64,000 bases of DNA from Dehalococcoidia bacterium (GCA_964291495.2 OZ219871.1:448001-512000), one strand, 5' to 3'; shown: positions 27,975 to 37,498, counted from the first letter of the stretch. Program-made: numbers and translations. The notes: generated by a model from the sequence alone, not told the origin.

Positions 27975-28016
27975 GCCCCAGCACGCCACGGAGCCGTCGG
28001 GGCGCAAGCCGCAGGT
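27975..28016 (-). pseudogene. isolated RCC1-like repeat remnant
   Basis: minus-strand peptide TCGLRPDGSVACWG. Confidence 0.4.
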
Positions 28017-28068
28017 CTGCCGTAGAATCAGTTGCACGCCGGGACGGGACGAGGTCGAGGAAGCAGCG

Positions 28069-28269
28069 ATGGTGAGCATCACCGAAATCCAGGAAGCGAT
28101 TCGGGTCCTTCCCGAGCCCGAGTATGCCCGGTTGCGGAAGTGGATCAGCGATCTGGACTGGGAACGCTGGGACCACCAACTCGAGGCCGACGCCGAGGCC
28201 GGCAGGCTGGACTTCCTGATCGCGGAGGCCCATGAGGCCGGAGAGCGCGACGCCCTCGAAGAGCTATAG
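28069..28269 (+). CDS. putative antitoxin
   Basis: SITEIQEAIRVL...WDHQLEADAEAGRLDFL; directly upstream of a RelE/ParE-like toxin. Confidence 0.7.
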   Translation: MVSITEIQEAIRVLPEPEYARLRKWISDLDWERWDHQLEADAEAGRLDFLIAEAHEAGERDALEEL

Positions 28270-28524
28270 GTGCATCGAGCCACCCCCCGCTTCTGGCGAG
28301 AGTTCAGGCGCCTTCCGGAACCGGTTCAGCGGGTAGCAAGGCGGAACTTCCGCTTGCTCGCGGCGAACCCCTCCTATCCATCGCTTCGCTTCAAGAAGGT
28401 GGGCGCGTTCTGGTCCGCGCGCGTCGGGCGCGACTACAGGGCCCTCGCCGTTGAGGACGGCAACGACTTCACCTGGGTCTGGATCGGCGCCCACGACGAG
28501 TACGACCGCCTGATCGGCGGCTAA
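28270..28524 (+). CDS. RelE/ParE-like toxin
   Basis: TPRFW..F..LP, NPSYPSLRFKKV, WSARVG..YRAL, WIGAHDEYD. Confidence 0.82.
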   Translation: MHRATPRFWREFRRLPEPVQRVARRNFRLLAANPSYPSLRFKKVGAFWSARVGRDYRALAVEDGNDFTWVWIGAHDEYDRLIGG

Positions 28525-28638
28525 CCACCCCCCTCGCCCCGACCCTCGCCGCTACCAACTGACACGGCGATACTAGGTACGGACGGCCGCTGCCCCGGCG
28601 CGAGCCGGAGGAACGCGCGGCCGCGGCGGGAGGACCCG

Positions 28639-29658
28639 ATGAGCGCCAACGCGCATGCGGCGATCGTCGCCGAGGGCCTCGTCCGCACCTTCCCCGGCGT
28701 CCGCGCCGTCGACGGCATCGACCTCTCCATCGAGCGCGGCCAGGTCTTCGGCTTCCTCGGCGCGAACGGCTCCGGCAAGACCACCACCATCCGCATGCTA
28801 ACGACGCTGCTGCGGCCCACCGAGGGCCGCGCCTTCGTCGGCGGCCTCGACGTGCAGCGCGAGGCCGCCGAGGTGCGGCGCCGCATCGGCGTCGCGCTGC
28901 AGGAGGCCGGCCTCGACGACCTCCAGACGGGGCGCGAGCTGCTGACGCTGCAGGGCCGCCTGCAGGGCATGTCCCGCGCCGCCGTCCGGCCGCGCGTCGA
29001 CGAGCTGCTGGCCATCGTCGAGCTCGAGGACGCCGCCGACCGCAAGATCGGCACCTACTCCGGCGGGATGCAGCGAAGGCTCGACCTCGCCTCGGCGCTC
29101 GTGCACACGCCGAGCATCGTCTTCCTCGACGAGCCGACGAGCGGGCTGGACCCGATCAGCCGCCAGGCGCTCTGGCGTTATGTAGAGCGGCTGAACCGCG
29201 ACGACGGCGTCACCTTCTTCCTCACCACCCAGTACCTGGAGGAGGCCGACCGCCTCGCCGACGAGATCGCGATCATCGACGCAGGCCGCATCGTCGCCTC
29301 CGGCTCGCCCTCGGCGCTCAAGGCGACGATCGGCGCGGACGTGGTCTCGCTGCACATCGAGGACGGCGACGGCGCCGGGCAGGCGGTGGAGCGTGCGAGC
29401 GAGCGGTTCCGCGCGATGCCCGGCCTTGAGGAGCTGCGGAGGACGGAGGACGCGCTGGTGGTCTACATCCGCGAGGGCAGCCAGGCGATCGCGCCGATCG
29501 TGACGATCGCCAACGAAACCGGCCTCTCCGTGCTCGAGGTCACGCTCGCGCAGCCGACGCTGGACGATGTCTTCCTGCGCACGACCGGACGGCGTCTGGA
29601 GGTGGACGCGGACGTGCCGGACCCGGGCACGCGGGACGCCTCGGAGGCGGCGGCGTGA
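28639..29658 (+). CDS. ABC transporter ATP-binding protein (DrrA-like)
   Basis: GANGSGKTT, YSGGM, FLDEPT, TTQYLEEAD. Confidence 0.92.
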   Translation: MSANAHAAIVAEGLVRTFPGVRAVDGIDLSIERGQVFGFLGANGSGKTTTIRMLTTLLRPTEGRAFVGGLDVQREAAEVRRRIGVALQEAGLDDLQTGRELLTLQGRLQGMSRAAVRPRVDELLAIVELEDAADRKIGTYSGGMQRRLDLASALVHTPSIVFLDEPTSGLDPISRQALWRYVERLNRDDGVTFFLTTQYLEEADRLADEIAIIDAGRIVASGSPSALKATIGADVVSLHIEDGDGAGQAVERASERFRAMPGLEELRRTEDALVVYIREGSQAIAPIVTIANETGLSVLEVTLAQPTLDDVFLRTTGRRLEVDADVPDPGTRDASEAAA

Positions 29659-30419
29659 CGGCGCTCGCGATGGCCACGTACCAGCTCTGCTGGCGCGCGG
29701 TGCGGGAGACGCTCCGCCAGCCGGGCGTCGAGGTCAGCAACCTCTTCATCCCGCTGTTCTTCTTCTTCGTCACCGTCGGCGCGATCAGCAACATCGCCGG
29801 CCCGGCCTTCGGCGTCGAGAACTACGAGGGCTTCCAGCTGCCGGTCGCGGTGCTGCAGTGCGTGGCCGGCGCCGCCTCGATCTCCGGCATCGCGATCGTC
29901 AAGGACATCGAGAGCGGCTACTTCGACAAGCTGCTGCTCACGCCCAGCCCGAGGCTGGCGATCGTGCTGGGACGGCTCTTCGCCGACGCGATCCGGGCCG
30001 TCGCGTTCACCGCGGTGATCCTCGTCGTGGTCTCGCTGGTGGGCGCGGGGATGGAAGCGGGGCCGCTCGGCTACCTCGTGATTCTCGCGCTGGCAGGGCT
30101 GTTCGGTGCGGCCTACTCCGGCATCGGCGTGACGATCGCGCTGCGCACGGGCAACGCGCAGGCGGCGCAGGCCGGGTTCCTGGTCTTCTTCCCGCTGCTC
30201 TTCCTCTCGCCGGCCTTCGCGCCGAAGGAGGTCTTCGACCCCTGGATGGAGTTCCTCGCCTCGATCAACCCCGTCACCTACCTGCTCGAGGGCATGAGAA
30301 TGCTGGTGCTCGAGGGCTGGCAGTGGGACAACCTCGCGGGCGCGATCGGCGCCGTGCTCGCCCTCGGCGTGGTCACGATCGCGGCGGCGCTGTGGTCGCT
30401 GCGGGCGCGCACGCGCTAG
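29655..30419 (+). CDS. ABC-2 type permease (DrrB-like)
   Basis: 6 TM segments, DIESGYFDKLL, INPVTY; GTGA overlap. Confidence 0.9.
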   Translation: MTALAMATYQLCWRAVRETLRQPGVEVSNLFIPLFFFFVTVGAISNIAGPAFGVENYEGFQLPVAVLQCVAGAASISGIAIVKDIESGYFDKLLLTPSPRLAIVLGRLFADAIRAVAFTAVILVVVSLVGAGMEAGPLGYLVILALAGLFGAAYSGIGVTIALRTGNAQAAQAGFLVFFPLLFLSPAFAPKEVFDPWMEFLASINPVTYLLEGMRMLVLEGWQWDNLAGAIGAVLALGVVTIAAALWSLRARTR

Positions 30420-30483
30420 CAGCCGAGCCCGGCGCGGCTGCGCGCCGCAGCGTATAGAATCAGCCCGAGGTCAGGAGGACCAC

Positions 30484-31749
30484 ATGGACTGGGACGACTC
30501 TGCCGAGCTCGCGGCCTTCCGCGAACGCATCCGCACCTTCTTCGAGGACAAGCTGCCGGACCGCTACAAGCGAGCGGCTGCGGGCGAGTGGATGCGCCAG
30601 ATGATCCCCGCACCGGACGGCGAGCCGATGTACTTCGACGAGCCGAGCTGGGATCACGACCGGCTCTCCACCGACCCCGAAGCCCGCGCCGCCGCCCAGG
30701 AGTGGGCCGACGCCCTCTCCGCCGAAGGCCTCGTCGCCCCGGCCTGGGCGAAGGAGCACGGGGGCGCGGGACTGACCACGCTCGAGCAGTTCGTCTTCAA
30801 CGAGGAGCGCGAGCGCGCCGGAGCGCCGCGCGTCGGCGGGACCGGCGCGATGTTCCTCGGCTCGCTGCTGATGGTCTACGGCAACGAGGAGCAGCAGGCG
30901 AAGTACATGCCGCCGATCGCGCGCGGCGACATCCAGTGGGCGCAGGGCTACTCCGAGCCCGGCGCCGGCTCCGACCTCGGCTCGCTGCAGCTGCGCGCCC
31001 AGCGCGACGGCGACGAGTACATCCTCAACGGGCAGAAGATCTGGTCCACTCCGCAGACCGCCGACTCGATGTACGCCCTCGTCCGCACCGACCCGGACGC
31101 GCCGAAGCACCGCGGCATCTCCTTCCTCATGGTCGAGGACTTCCACACCGAGGGCATCTCGATGCGGCCGATCGAGAACGCGGTCTTCGACCACAGCTCG
31201 TTCGGCGAGACATTCTTCGACGACGCGCGCGTCCCGGCCGAGAACCGCATCGGCGAGGAGAACCAGGGCTGGTACGTGGCAATGACGCTGATGGACTTCG
31301 ACCGCGCGTCGATCTCCAACACCGCCGAGGACCGCGCGCTGCTGCTGGACCTCAAGGACTTCCTGGAGACACCCGAGGGCGCGGCGAAGTCGCGGCTCGC
31401 GGAGTCGGCGACGATCCGCGCGGAGCTGACGGACCGTGCGATCGAGATCGAGGTCGGCTACAACCTCTCATTGCGCCTCGCCTCGCTACAGGCGAAGGGG
31501 CTGATCCCGAACTACGAGGCCTCGATCGGGCAGGTCTTCTCGAAGGCGCTGAACCAGCGCATGGCGCGCACGGGGACGGTGATCTTCGGGCTCTACTCGA
31601 ACCTCTGGCCGGGGGACGAGCGGGCGCCGATGACGGGTGAGTTCACGCGCTCCTACGTGCGCACGATCCCCTCGACGATCGCAGGCGGCAGCGCCGAGAT
31701 CCAGCGCAACGTGATCGCCACCCGCGGCCTGGGGCTGCCTCGAGGCTAA
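30484..31749 (+). CDS. acyl-CoA dehydrogenase
   Basis: QGYSEPGAGSDL, LNGQKIWS, KHRGIS, IAGGSAEIQRNVIA. Confidence 0.92.
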   Translation: MDWDDSAELAAFRERIRTFFEDKLPDRYKRAAAGEWMRQMIPAPDGEPMYFDEPSWDHDRLSTDPEARAAAQEWADALSAEGLVAPAWAKEHGGAGLTTLEQFVFNEERERAGAPRVGGTGAMFLGSLLMVYGNEEQQAKYMPPIARGDIQWAQGYSEPGAGSDLGSLQLRAQRDGDEYILNGQKIWSTPQTADSMYALVRTDPDAPKHRGISFLMVEDFHTEGISMRPIENAVFDHSSFGETFFDDARVPAENRIGEENQGWYVAMTLMDFDRASISNTAEDRALLLDLKDFLETPEGAAKSRLAESATIRAELTDRAIEIEVGYNLSLRLASLQAKGLIPNYEASIGQVFSKALNQRMARTGTVIFGLYSNLWPGDERAPMTGEFTRSYVRTIPSTIAGGSAEIQRNVIATRGLGLPRG

Positions 31750-31780
31750 CGAGCGGGCGCGGACTGCGCCCCGGCTCCCC

Positions 31781-32440
31781 TCCGGCCCCTCTCCCTTCCG
31801 GCCCCCTCTCTTGGGGGAGAGGGTTGGGGTGAGGGGGCTCGCCGGTGCTCCTGCTCGCCTCGGAAGGTTCGTGCGCCGATCCGGCCCCCTCTCCTGGGGG
31901 AGAGGGTTGGGGTGAAGGGGCTCGCCGGCGGTACTCCCAGGTCGATCCGTTCTTACGCCATCGAAGCCTCTCGCCCGGGCGGCGCGCCGGGGCGCGCTCC
32001 CCCACCCCCGCCAGGGGGGAGGGGGCCGGACCGCCCTCTACAGTTCCGAGTGGGAGTGTGGGTGCGGAGCCCCCCACGGAGGGGGGCGCGGGGCGCAGCC
32101 GCAGCCACTGAGGGCGAGTGGGTGGGCCGGCTGCCCTGCGAGGTATCCCTCGCGTGCATGACAGGATCGTGCGCGCGCTCTCCGCGTGCGCCTCCCTCAC
32201 CCCCGCCCTCTCCCTCGGGGAGAGGGGGCCGGACCGCCCTCTACAGTTCCGAGTGGGAGTGTGGGTGCGGAGCCCCCACGGAGGGGGGCGCGGGGCGCAG
32301 CCGCAGCCACTGAGGGCGAGTGGGTGGGCCGGCTGCCCCGCGAGGTATCCCTCGCGTCCATGACAGGACCGTGCGCGCGCGCTCTCCGGCGTGCGCCTCC
32401 CTCACCCCCCGCCCTCTCCCTCGGGGAGAGGGGGCCGGAC
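31781..32440. repeat. cluster of BoxC-like REP hairpins with a ~205-bp tandem duplication
   Basis: units at 31797-31845 and 31880-31928; inverted units near 32000-32030, 32193-32233 and 32398-32440; 32021-32223 is repeated from 32224 to about 32430. Confidence 0.85.
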
Positions 32441-32458
32441 TCTCCGGACCAGGCGACG

Positions 32459-33346
32459 CTAGGACTCGCCGTTTGCGGATCCGCCGTCCCGGGGCTCGCT
32501 GCGCGCGCCGCCGGAGATGCCGGCGAGCGTGCTGCTGAGGTTGCCGGCTACGCTCGCGAGGTCCATCGGGATGATCCACTTCGTCGACTGGCCGTCGCCG
32601 AGCTGCTTCATCATCTCCAGGTACTGCAACCCCATCGTGTTGGAGTCCACGCCCTGCGCCACGTCGTAGATCCGCTCGAGGCCGATCGAGAAGCCCTCGG
32701 CCTGCAGGATCTGGGCCTGCCTCGAACCCTCGGCACGCAGGATCGAGGACTCGCGCACGCCCTCGGCCTCGAGGATGGCGGCCTGCTTGTTGCCCTCGGC
32801 GACGTTGATCGCCGACTGGCGCTGGCCCTCGGACTCGGTGATCTGGGCGCGCTTCGTGCGATCCGCCGTGAGCAGCTGGGTCATCGCGTCCTGGATGTCA
32901 TGCTGCGGCGTGATCTCGCGGATCTCGATCGATGTGACCTTCACGCCCCAGCGGATCGTCTCGGTGGCGATCTTGGTCTGCAGGCGGGTGTTGATCTCCT
33001 CGCGCCGCGCCAGCACGTCCTCCACCGTCATGTCGCCAATCACCGCGCGCAGCGAGGTCGTCGCCAGGTTGCGGACGGCGATGATGAAGTTGCTGATGTT
33101 GATCACCGCCGCCTCGGCGTCGACGACCTGCAGGAAGACCACGAAGTCGACATCGACGAGCGCGTTGTCCTTGGTGATCGAGGTCTGCTTCGGCTCCTCG
33201 ATGACGAACTCGCGCATATCGACGCGCACGCCGCGGTCGATGAAGGGAACCATGACCACGAGGCCGGGGCCCCGCGTGCCGACGTAGCGGCCGAGGCGGA
33301 AGATCACCGCCCGCTCGTACTGCCGCACCACGCTGATGAAGAACAC
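32459..33346 (-). CDS. SPFH/band 7 (stomatin-like) protein
   Basis: VRQYERAVIFRLGR, ITKDN, LRAVIG, WGVKV; GAGGAGGT RBS 5 nt before GTG. Confidence 0.9.
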   Translation of the reverse strand: MFFISVVRQYERAVIFRLGRYVGTRGPGLVVMVPFIDRGVRVDMREFVIEEPKQTSITKDNALVDVDFVVFLQVVDAEAAVINISNFIIAVRNLATTSLRAVIGDMTVEDVLARREEINTRLQTKIATETIRWGVKVTSIEIREITPQHDIQDAMTQLLTADRTKRAQITESEGQRQSAINVAEGNKQAAILEAEGVRESSILRAEGSRQAQILQAEGFSIGLERIYDVAQGVDSNTMGLQYLEMMKQLGDGQSTKWIIPMDLASVAGNLSSTLAGISGGARSEPRDGGSANGES

Positions 33347-33487
33347 CCGCCACCTCCTCGAAACCGTTTGCTCACCCAGCTCTATCGAGTATAGCCGGGC
33401 GCCGGAAGGCCCATGCGCCGTGGCCGCGGCGACCTCAGGTATCATGCGCCGGGCGCAGCGTGAGCAGCGCGCGATGGAGGACCGGTG

Positions 33488-34699
33488 ATGGCCGAGACGG
33501 ACGGCAATCTGGAGCGGCGCAGCGCACCGCGGATGCTCGAGGATCTCAAGGTGATTGACCTCACCACGATGATCGCCGGGCCGGTCACCGCGCGCATGTT
33601 CTCCGAGCTGGGCGCGAACGTGATCCACATCGAGCCGCCCTGGGGCGACGACGGGCGCAACTCGACCACGCCGTTCCTCGGGACCGAGGGCGTGCTCTAC
33701 ACGGTCTCCAACCGCAGCAAGCGCGGCATCGTGCTCGACATCCGCAACCCGAAGGGCCACGAGCTGCTGCTGCGCATGGTCGAGGACGCCGACGTCTTCA
33801 TCGAGAACATGCGGATCGGCGTGCTCGACAAGCGAGGGCTCGGCTACGAGGACCTCGCGAAGCTCAACCCCGGCCTCGTCTACATCTCGATCAGCGGCTG
33901 GGGCCGCGAAGGGCCGCTCAAGTACGAGCCCACCTACGACGTGATCATCCAGGCCTTCAGCACGGCGATGCGGCGCTACGACGACTACGGTCCGCCGCGC
34001 CTCAACGGCTCGATGGTGGGCGACACCTCGACGCCGCTGCTCGCCGCCTTCGCGGCGATGGCGGCGCTGCGCGAGCGCGACCGCACGGGGCGCGGCTCGC
34101 ACGTGACGAGCTCGTTGCTGCAAGGCGCGTTCCACATGATGGCGCCTCGCAAGCTGGTCCCGGAGAACGAGACGGGGCCGCCGCACGAGCGCCAGCTGCC
34201 GGCCGGCGCGGGCGTGTTCCAGACCTCGGACGGCGAGTGGACCTTCATCTGCGCGTGGACGAACGGGCAGTTCGAGCGCTTCGCCCAGCTCGCCGGCTAC
34301 CCGCACCTCGCCGGCGACCCGGCCTACGCGACGCGCCAGCTGCGCGAGGCCGCGCAGGTGGAGCTGAACGAGCTGTTCAACGCCTGGGTGCAGCCGCACA
34401 GGCGGGACGAGCTGATCACCGCCCTGCGCGCGGCCGACATCCCCTGCTCGCCCGTCTACGGCGGCGTCCAGGAGCTGATGGCGGACGAGCACGTCCAGGC
34501 CAACGACTTCGTCGTGGGCATCGACCACCCGACGAAGGGGCGCATCTGGCAGATGGGCGCCGGCTTCGAGATCAACGGGGAGCGTCCCGAGCTGACCTAC
34601 TCGCCGCTCTTCGGCGAGCACACGGACGAGGTGCTGCGCGAGCACGGCTGCTCCGACGCGGAGATCGCCGCGCTGCGCGAGGAAGGAGTGGTCGCATGA
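33488..34699 (+). CDS. family III CoA-transferase (CaiB/BaiF)
   Basis: VIDLT..IAGP, NRSKR, ADVFIEN, GDT (catalytic Asp position), GEHTDEVL. Confidence 0.92.
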   Translation: MAETDGNLERRSAPRMLEDLKVIDLTTMIAGPVTARMFSELGANVIHIEPPWGDDGRNSTTPFLGTEGVLYTVSNRSKRGIVLDIRNPKGHELLLRMVEDADVFIENMRIGVLDKRGLGYEDLAKLNPGLVYISISGWGREGPLKYEPTYDVIIQAFSTAMRRYDDYGPPRLNGSMVGDTSTPLLAAFAAMAALRERDRTGRGSHVTSSLLQGAFHMMAPRKLVPENETGPPHERQLPAGAGVFQTSDGEWTFICAWTNGQFERFAQLAGYPHLAGDPAYATRQLREAAQVELNELFNAWVQPHRRDELITALRAADIPCSPVYGGVQELMADEHVQANDFVVGIDHPTKGRIWQMGAGFEINGERPELTYSPLFGEHTDEVLREHGCSDAEIAALREEGVVA

Positions 34700-35622
34700 G
34701 GATCGCGATCTTCGGGCAGGCCGCCTTCGGCCTGGACACCTTCAACGCGCTGCGCGAGGCCGGCGAGCAGATCGTCGGCGTCTCCACCCCTCGGACGCCC
34801 GAGGGCGGGCGACCGGACCCGCTGCGCGCCGCAGCCGAGGAGGCCGGCTTGCCCTGGCTGGAGACGCGCGCGCTGCGCCGCGAGGAGGCCTTCGAGGCGT
34901 ACCGCGCGTGGGACGCGGAGCTGATCGTCTTCGCCTTCGTCACCGACATCGTGCGCAAGAACGTGCTGGACGCCGCCGCGCACGGCGCGATCCAGTACCA
35001 CCCCTCGCTGCTGCCGAAGTACCGCGGCCGCTCGGCGATGAACTGGCCGGTCGTCAACGGCGACGCGGAGACCGGCCTGACCATCTTCTGGGTCGACGAG
35101 GGCATCGACACCGGCCCGATCCTGCTCCAGCGCACCGTCGAGATCCGGCCCGACGACACGATGGGCTCCCTCTACTTCCAGCGCCTCTACCCCCTCGGCA
35201 TCGAGGCGCTCGCCGAGGCGACGGCGCTGGTGCGGGAGGGGCGCGCGCCGCGCATCGAGCAGGACCACTCGCTGGCGACGTACGAGCCGCCGTTCGAGGA
35301 CGAGCACGCGCTGGTCGACTGGTCCCGCCCGGCGCGCGCCGTCTTCAACCACGTGCGCGGCTGCGACCCGGCCCCCGGCGCGATCGCGGCGCTCGGCGAC
35401 GCGCGGGTGCGCCTCTTCGACCCCTCGCTCGCGCCCGCCGCGCCGTCGGAGCCGATCGGCACGGTGCTGGAGCCCGACGCCGCGAGCCCGGGCGCGGCGC
35501 GCATCGCCGTGATCGGCGGCGTGCTGACCGTCGGCCGCGCGCGCGCGGACGGCGGCAAGATCGCCGCCTCGGAGGTGCTGAGTCCCGGCGATCGCCTGAC
35601 GGCCGCGACGCTCGACGCCTGA
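34696..35622 (+). CDS. formyltransferase family protein resembling the ALDH1L1 N-terminal domain
   Basis: MRIAIFGQAAFG, QYHPSLLPKYRG, IFWVDEGIDTGP, DDTMGSLY; ATGA overlap. Confidence 0.85.
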   Translation: MRIAIFGQAAFGLDTFNALREAGEQIVGVSTPRTPEGGRPDPLRAAAEEAGLPWLETRALRREEAFEAYRAWDAELIVFAFVTDIVRKNVLDAAAHGAIQYHPSLLPKYRGRSAMNWPVVNGDAETGLTIFWVDEGIDTGPILLQRTVEIRPDDTMGSLYFQRLYPLGIEALAEATALVREGRAPRIEQDHSLATYEPPFEDEHALVDWSRPARAVFNHVRGCDPAPGAIAALGDARVRLFDPSLAPAAPSEPIGTVLEPDAASPGAARIAVIGGVLTVGRARADGGKIAASEVLSPGDRLTAATLDA

Positions 35623-35638
35623 GCCGCGCCGGCCCTCG

Positions 35639-36799
35639 TTACGTCGAGTCCGCCGCGTCCGCCTCGGGAGGTTTGGTCGGCGCCCAGTAGCGGGCGGCAA
35701 AGTAGGCGAGGAAGGCGGCGAGCAGCAGCGCGATCACGCCGATCACCGCGAGCACGATCACCAGCAGCCGCCCGATCGTGAGGTCCGTCGAGCCCTGCCC
35801 GATCCCGATGCCGATCGCGAACGCGAGCGCCAGCGCCGCCCCGGCCCCGAGCACGCCCCCGGTGGGCAGGAACAGCTCCAGGATCACCAGCAGCACGGCG
35901 AGCACCACGAAGGCGAGCGCGGCCTCGGCGGGCAGCAGCGTGCCGACACCGAGGAAGAACAGCAGCAGCGCGAGCGCCCCGGCGACGCCGGGAAGGAACG
36001 AGCCGGGCGCGAAGAACAGCTCCGTCGCGATGCCGGCCATCCCGATTAGCAGCAGCAGCGTGACCACCAGCGGGTCGCCGAGGAAGGCGACGATCCGCTC
36101 GTAAGCGTTGAACTCGTTCTCCACGCGCGGCGCGATCGCGAGCTGGAGCACGACGATGCGCCCGTCGATCAGCTCCACCGCGCGGCCCTCGACGGCGGCG
36201 AGCAGCTCCGACTCCGTCGCCGCCACGAGGTCGACCACGTTCAGCTCCAGCGCCTCGTTCGGGGTCGCGGAGATCGCATCGCGGACGGCGGCCTCGGCCC
36301 AGTCGGCGTTGCGCCCGTGCAGCTCGGCGACGCCGCGCGCGAAGGCGACGGTGTCGTTGGTGACCTTGCGTCCGAGGGCGCCCTCGACGTCCTCGCCCGT
36401 GGCGGTGACCGGCGTCGCCGCTCCGATGGTCGTGTTCGGGGCCATCGCGGCGATGTGGCCGGCCATGGCGATGAACGTGCCGGCCGAGACGGCTTCCGCG
36501 CCCGGCGGGCCGACCCAGGTGATGACGGGCACCTCGGAGCGCTCGATGCGCCCGACGATCTCCTTCATCGCGCCGATCTCGCCGCCCGGCGTGTCAACGC
36601 GCAGCAACACGGCGCGGCCGCGGCTGTCCTCGGCGTGGTCGATCGCGCGGTCGATGTAGCTCGCGAGCACGCCGTCCACCTGCCGCTCGATCGTGACGAC
36701 GTGCAGCGCGCGCTCGGTGCTCTCGGCGCCACAGGCCGCCCCCAGCGCCGCGAGGGCGAGCGCGAGGGCGGGCAGGACGGCGCGAGCGGTACGGATCAT
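35639..36799 (-). CDS. nfeD: NfeD-like membrane serine protease lacking the C-terminal OB domain
   Basis: VDTPGG, AVSAGTF, AMAPNTTIGAATPV, RKVTND, HGRNADWA, then a TM bundle. Confidence 0.85.
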   Translation of the reverse strand: MIRTARAVLPALALALAALGAACGAESTERALHVVTIERQVDGVLASYIDRAIDHAEDSRGRAVLLRVDTPGGEIGAMKEIVGRIERSEVPVITWVGPPGAEAVSAGTFIAMAGHIAAMAPNTTIGAATPVTATGEDVEGALGRKVTNDTVAFARGVAELHGRNADWAEAAVRDAISATPNEALELNVVDLVAATESELLAAVEGRAVELIDGRIVVLQLAIAPRVENEFNAYERIVAFLGDPLVVTLLLLIGMAGIATELFFAPGSFLPGVAGALALLLFFLGVGTLLPAEAALAFVVLAVLLVILELFLPTGGVLGAGAALALAFAIGIGIGQGSTDLTIGRLLVIVLAVIGVIALLLAAFLAYFAARYWAPTKPPEADAADST

Positions 36800-36845
36800 T
36801 CGCGGGCCTCCCCTGACACGATAGCCGTACGCGCGGGCGTCCGGC

Positions 36846-37478
36846 TCACAGCTCGCGGGCGAGGTCCTCGTCGCGACCGGCGAAGACGAGCATGTCGCCG
36901 GGGCCGATCGTGCGATCGCGGACGGGGTTGAGCTCGACCTCGCCGCGCCGCACGGCGATGAGCAGCCGCCGCGTGCCGTCCTGGCTGTCGACCTCGCCGA
37001 GGGTGCGGCCGTGCAGGTGCTCCGGCGCGTCCTGGATCGCAATCCCGTAGTCGTGGCTGATCGAGAGGTAGTCCCGGGCGCCCTGCACGCGCATCAGGTG
37101 CGCGAAGCGCTCGCCTCCGTCGCGCTCCGGCTGCACCACACGGGTGACGCCGATCCGCTGGAGGATCGAGGCGTGGAGCTCGTTGGAGGCCTTCGCGTAC
37201 ACCGCGGTCACGCCCAGCGCCTGCACGTTCATCGCCGCGAGGACGCTGGCCTCGATCACGCCGGTTGCGACGACGGCGGCGTCGACGTTGCCGACGCCGA
37301 GGTCGCGCAGCGCCAGCTCGTTGGTGATGTCGGCAACGGCGGCCTTCGCGGAGTGGGGCGCCGCCCGCTCCACGCTCGCCTCGTTGAAGTCCACCGCGAG
37401 CACCTCGTGGCCGAGTTGCCCGAGTTCACGGACGATCTGCGATCCGAAGCGCCCAAGTCCGAGTACGGCGATCTCCAT
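36846..37478 (-). CDS. trkA: TrkA/KtrA RCK protein
   Basis: VLGLGRFG, HEVLAVD, VVQPERDGG. Confidence 0.9.
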   Translation of the reverse strand: MEIAVLGLGRFGSQIVRELGQLGHEVLAVDFNEASVERAAPHSAKAAVADITNELALRDLGVGNVDAAVVATGVIEASVLAAMNVQALGVTAVYAKASNELHASILQRIGVTRVVQPERDGGERFAHLMRVQGARDYLSISHDYGIAIQDAPEHLHGRTLGEVDSQDGTRRLLIAVRRGEVELNPVRDRTIGPGDMLVFAGRDEDLAREL

Positions 37479-37498
37479 CGTTCGCTCCTCTCGCTCTG

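Noticed and set aside
31781-32440. Possible CRISPR array
   Set aside because: Units occur in both orientations, spacers are long and duplicated, and there are no cas genes
31643-32579. ORFs across the REP cluster
   Set aside because: They are translations of repeat DNA (PSPQPSP, GEGWGEG) with no coding signature
32459-34645. 728-aa SPFH fusion in the ORF track
   Set aside because: The upstream part is antisense to the CoA-transferase; a strong RBS marks the start at 33346
34696-35622. Housekeeping fmt
   Set aside because: It lacks the Fmt GTPxFA start, has no def neighbour and shows ALDH1L1-like motifs
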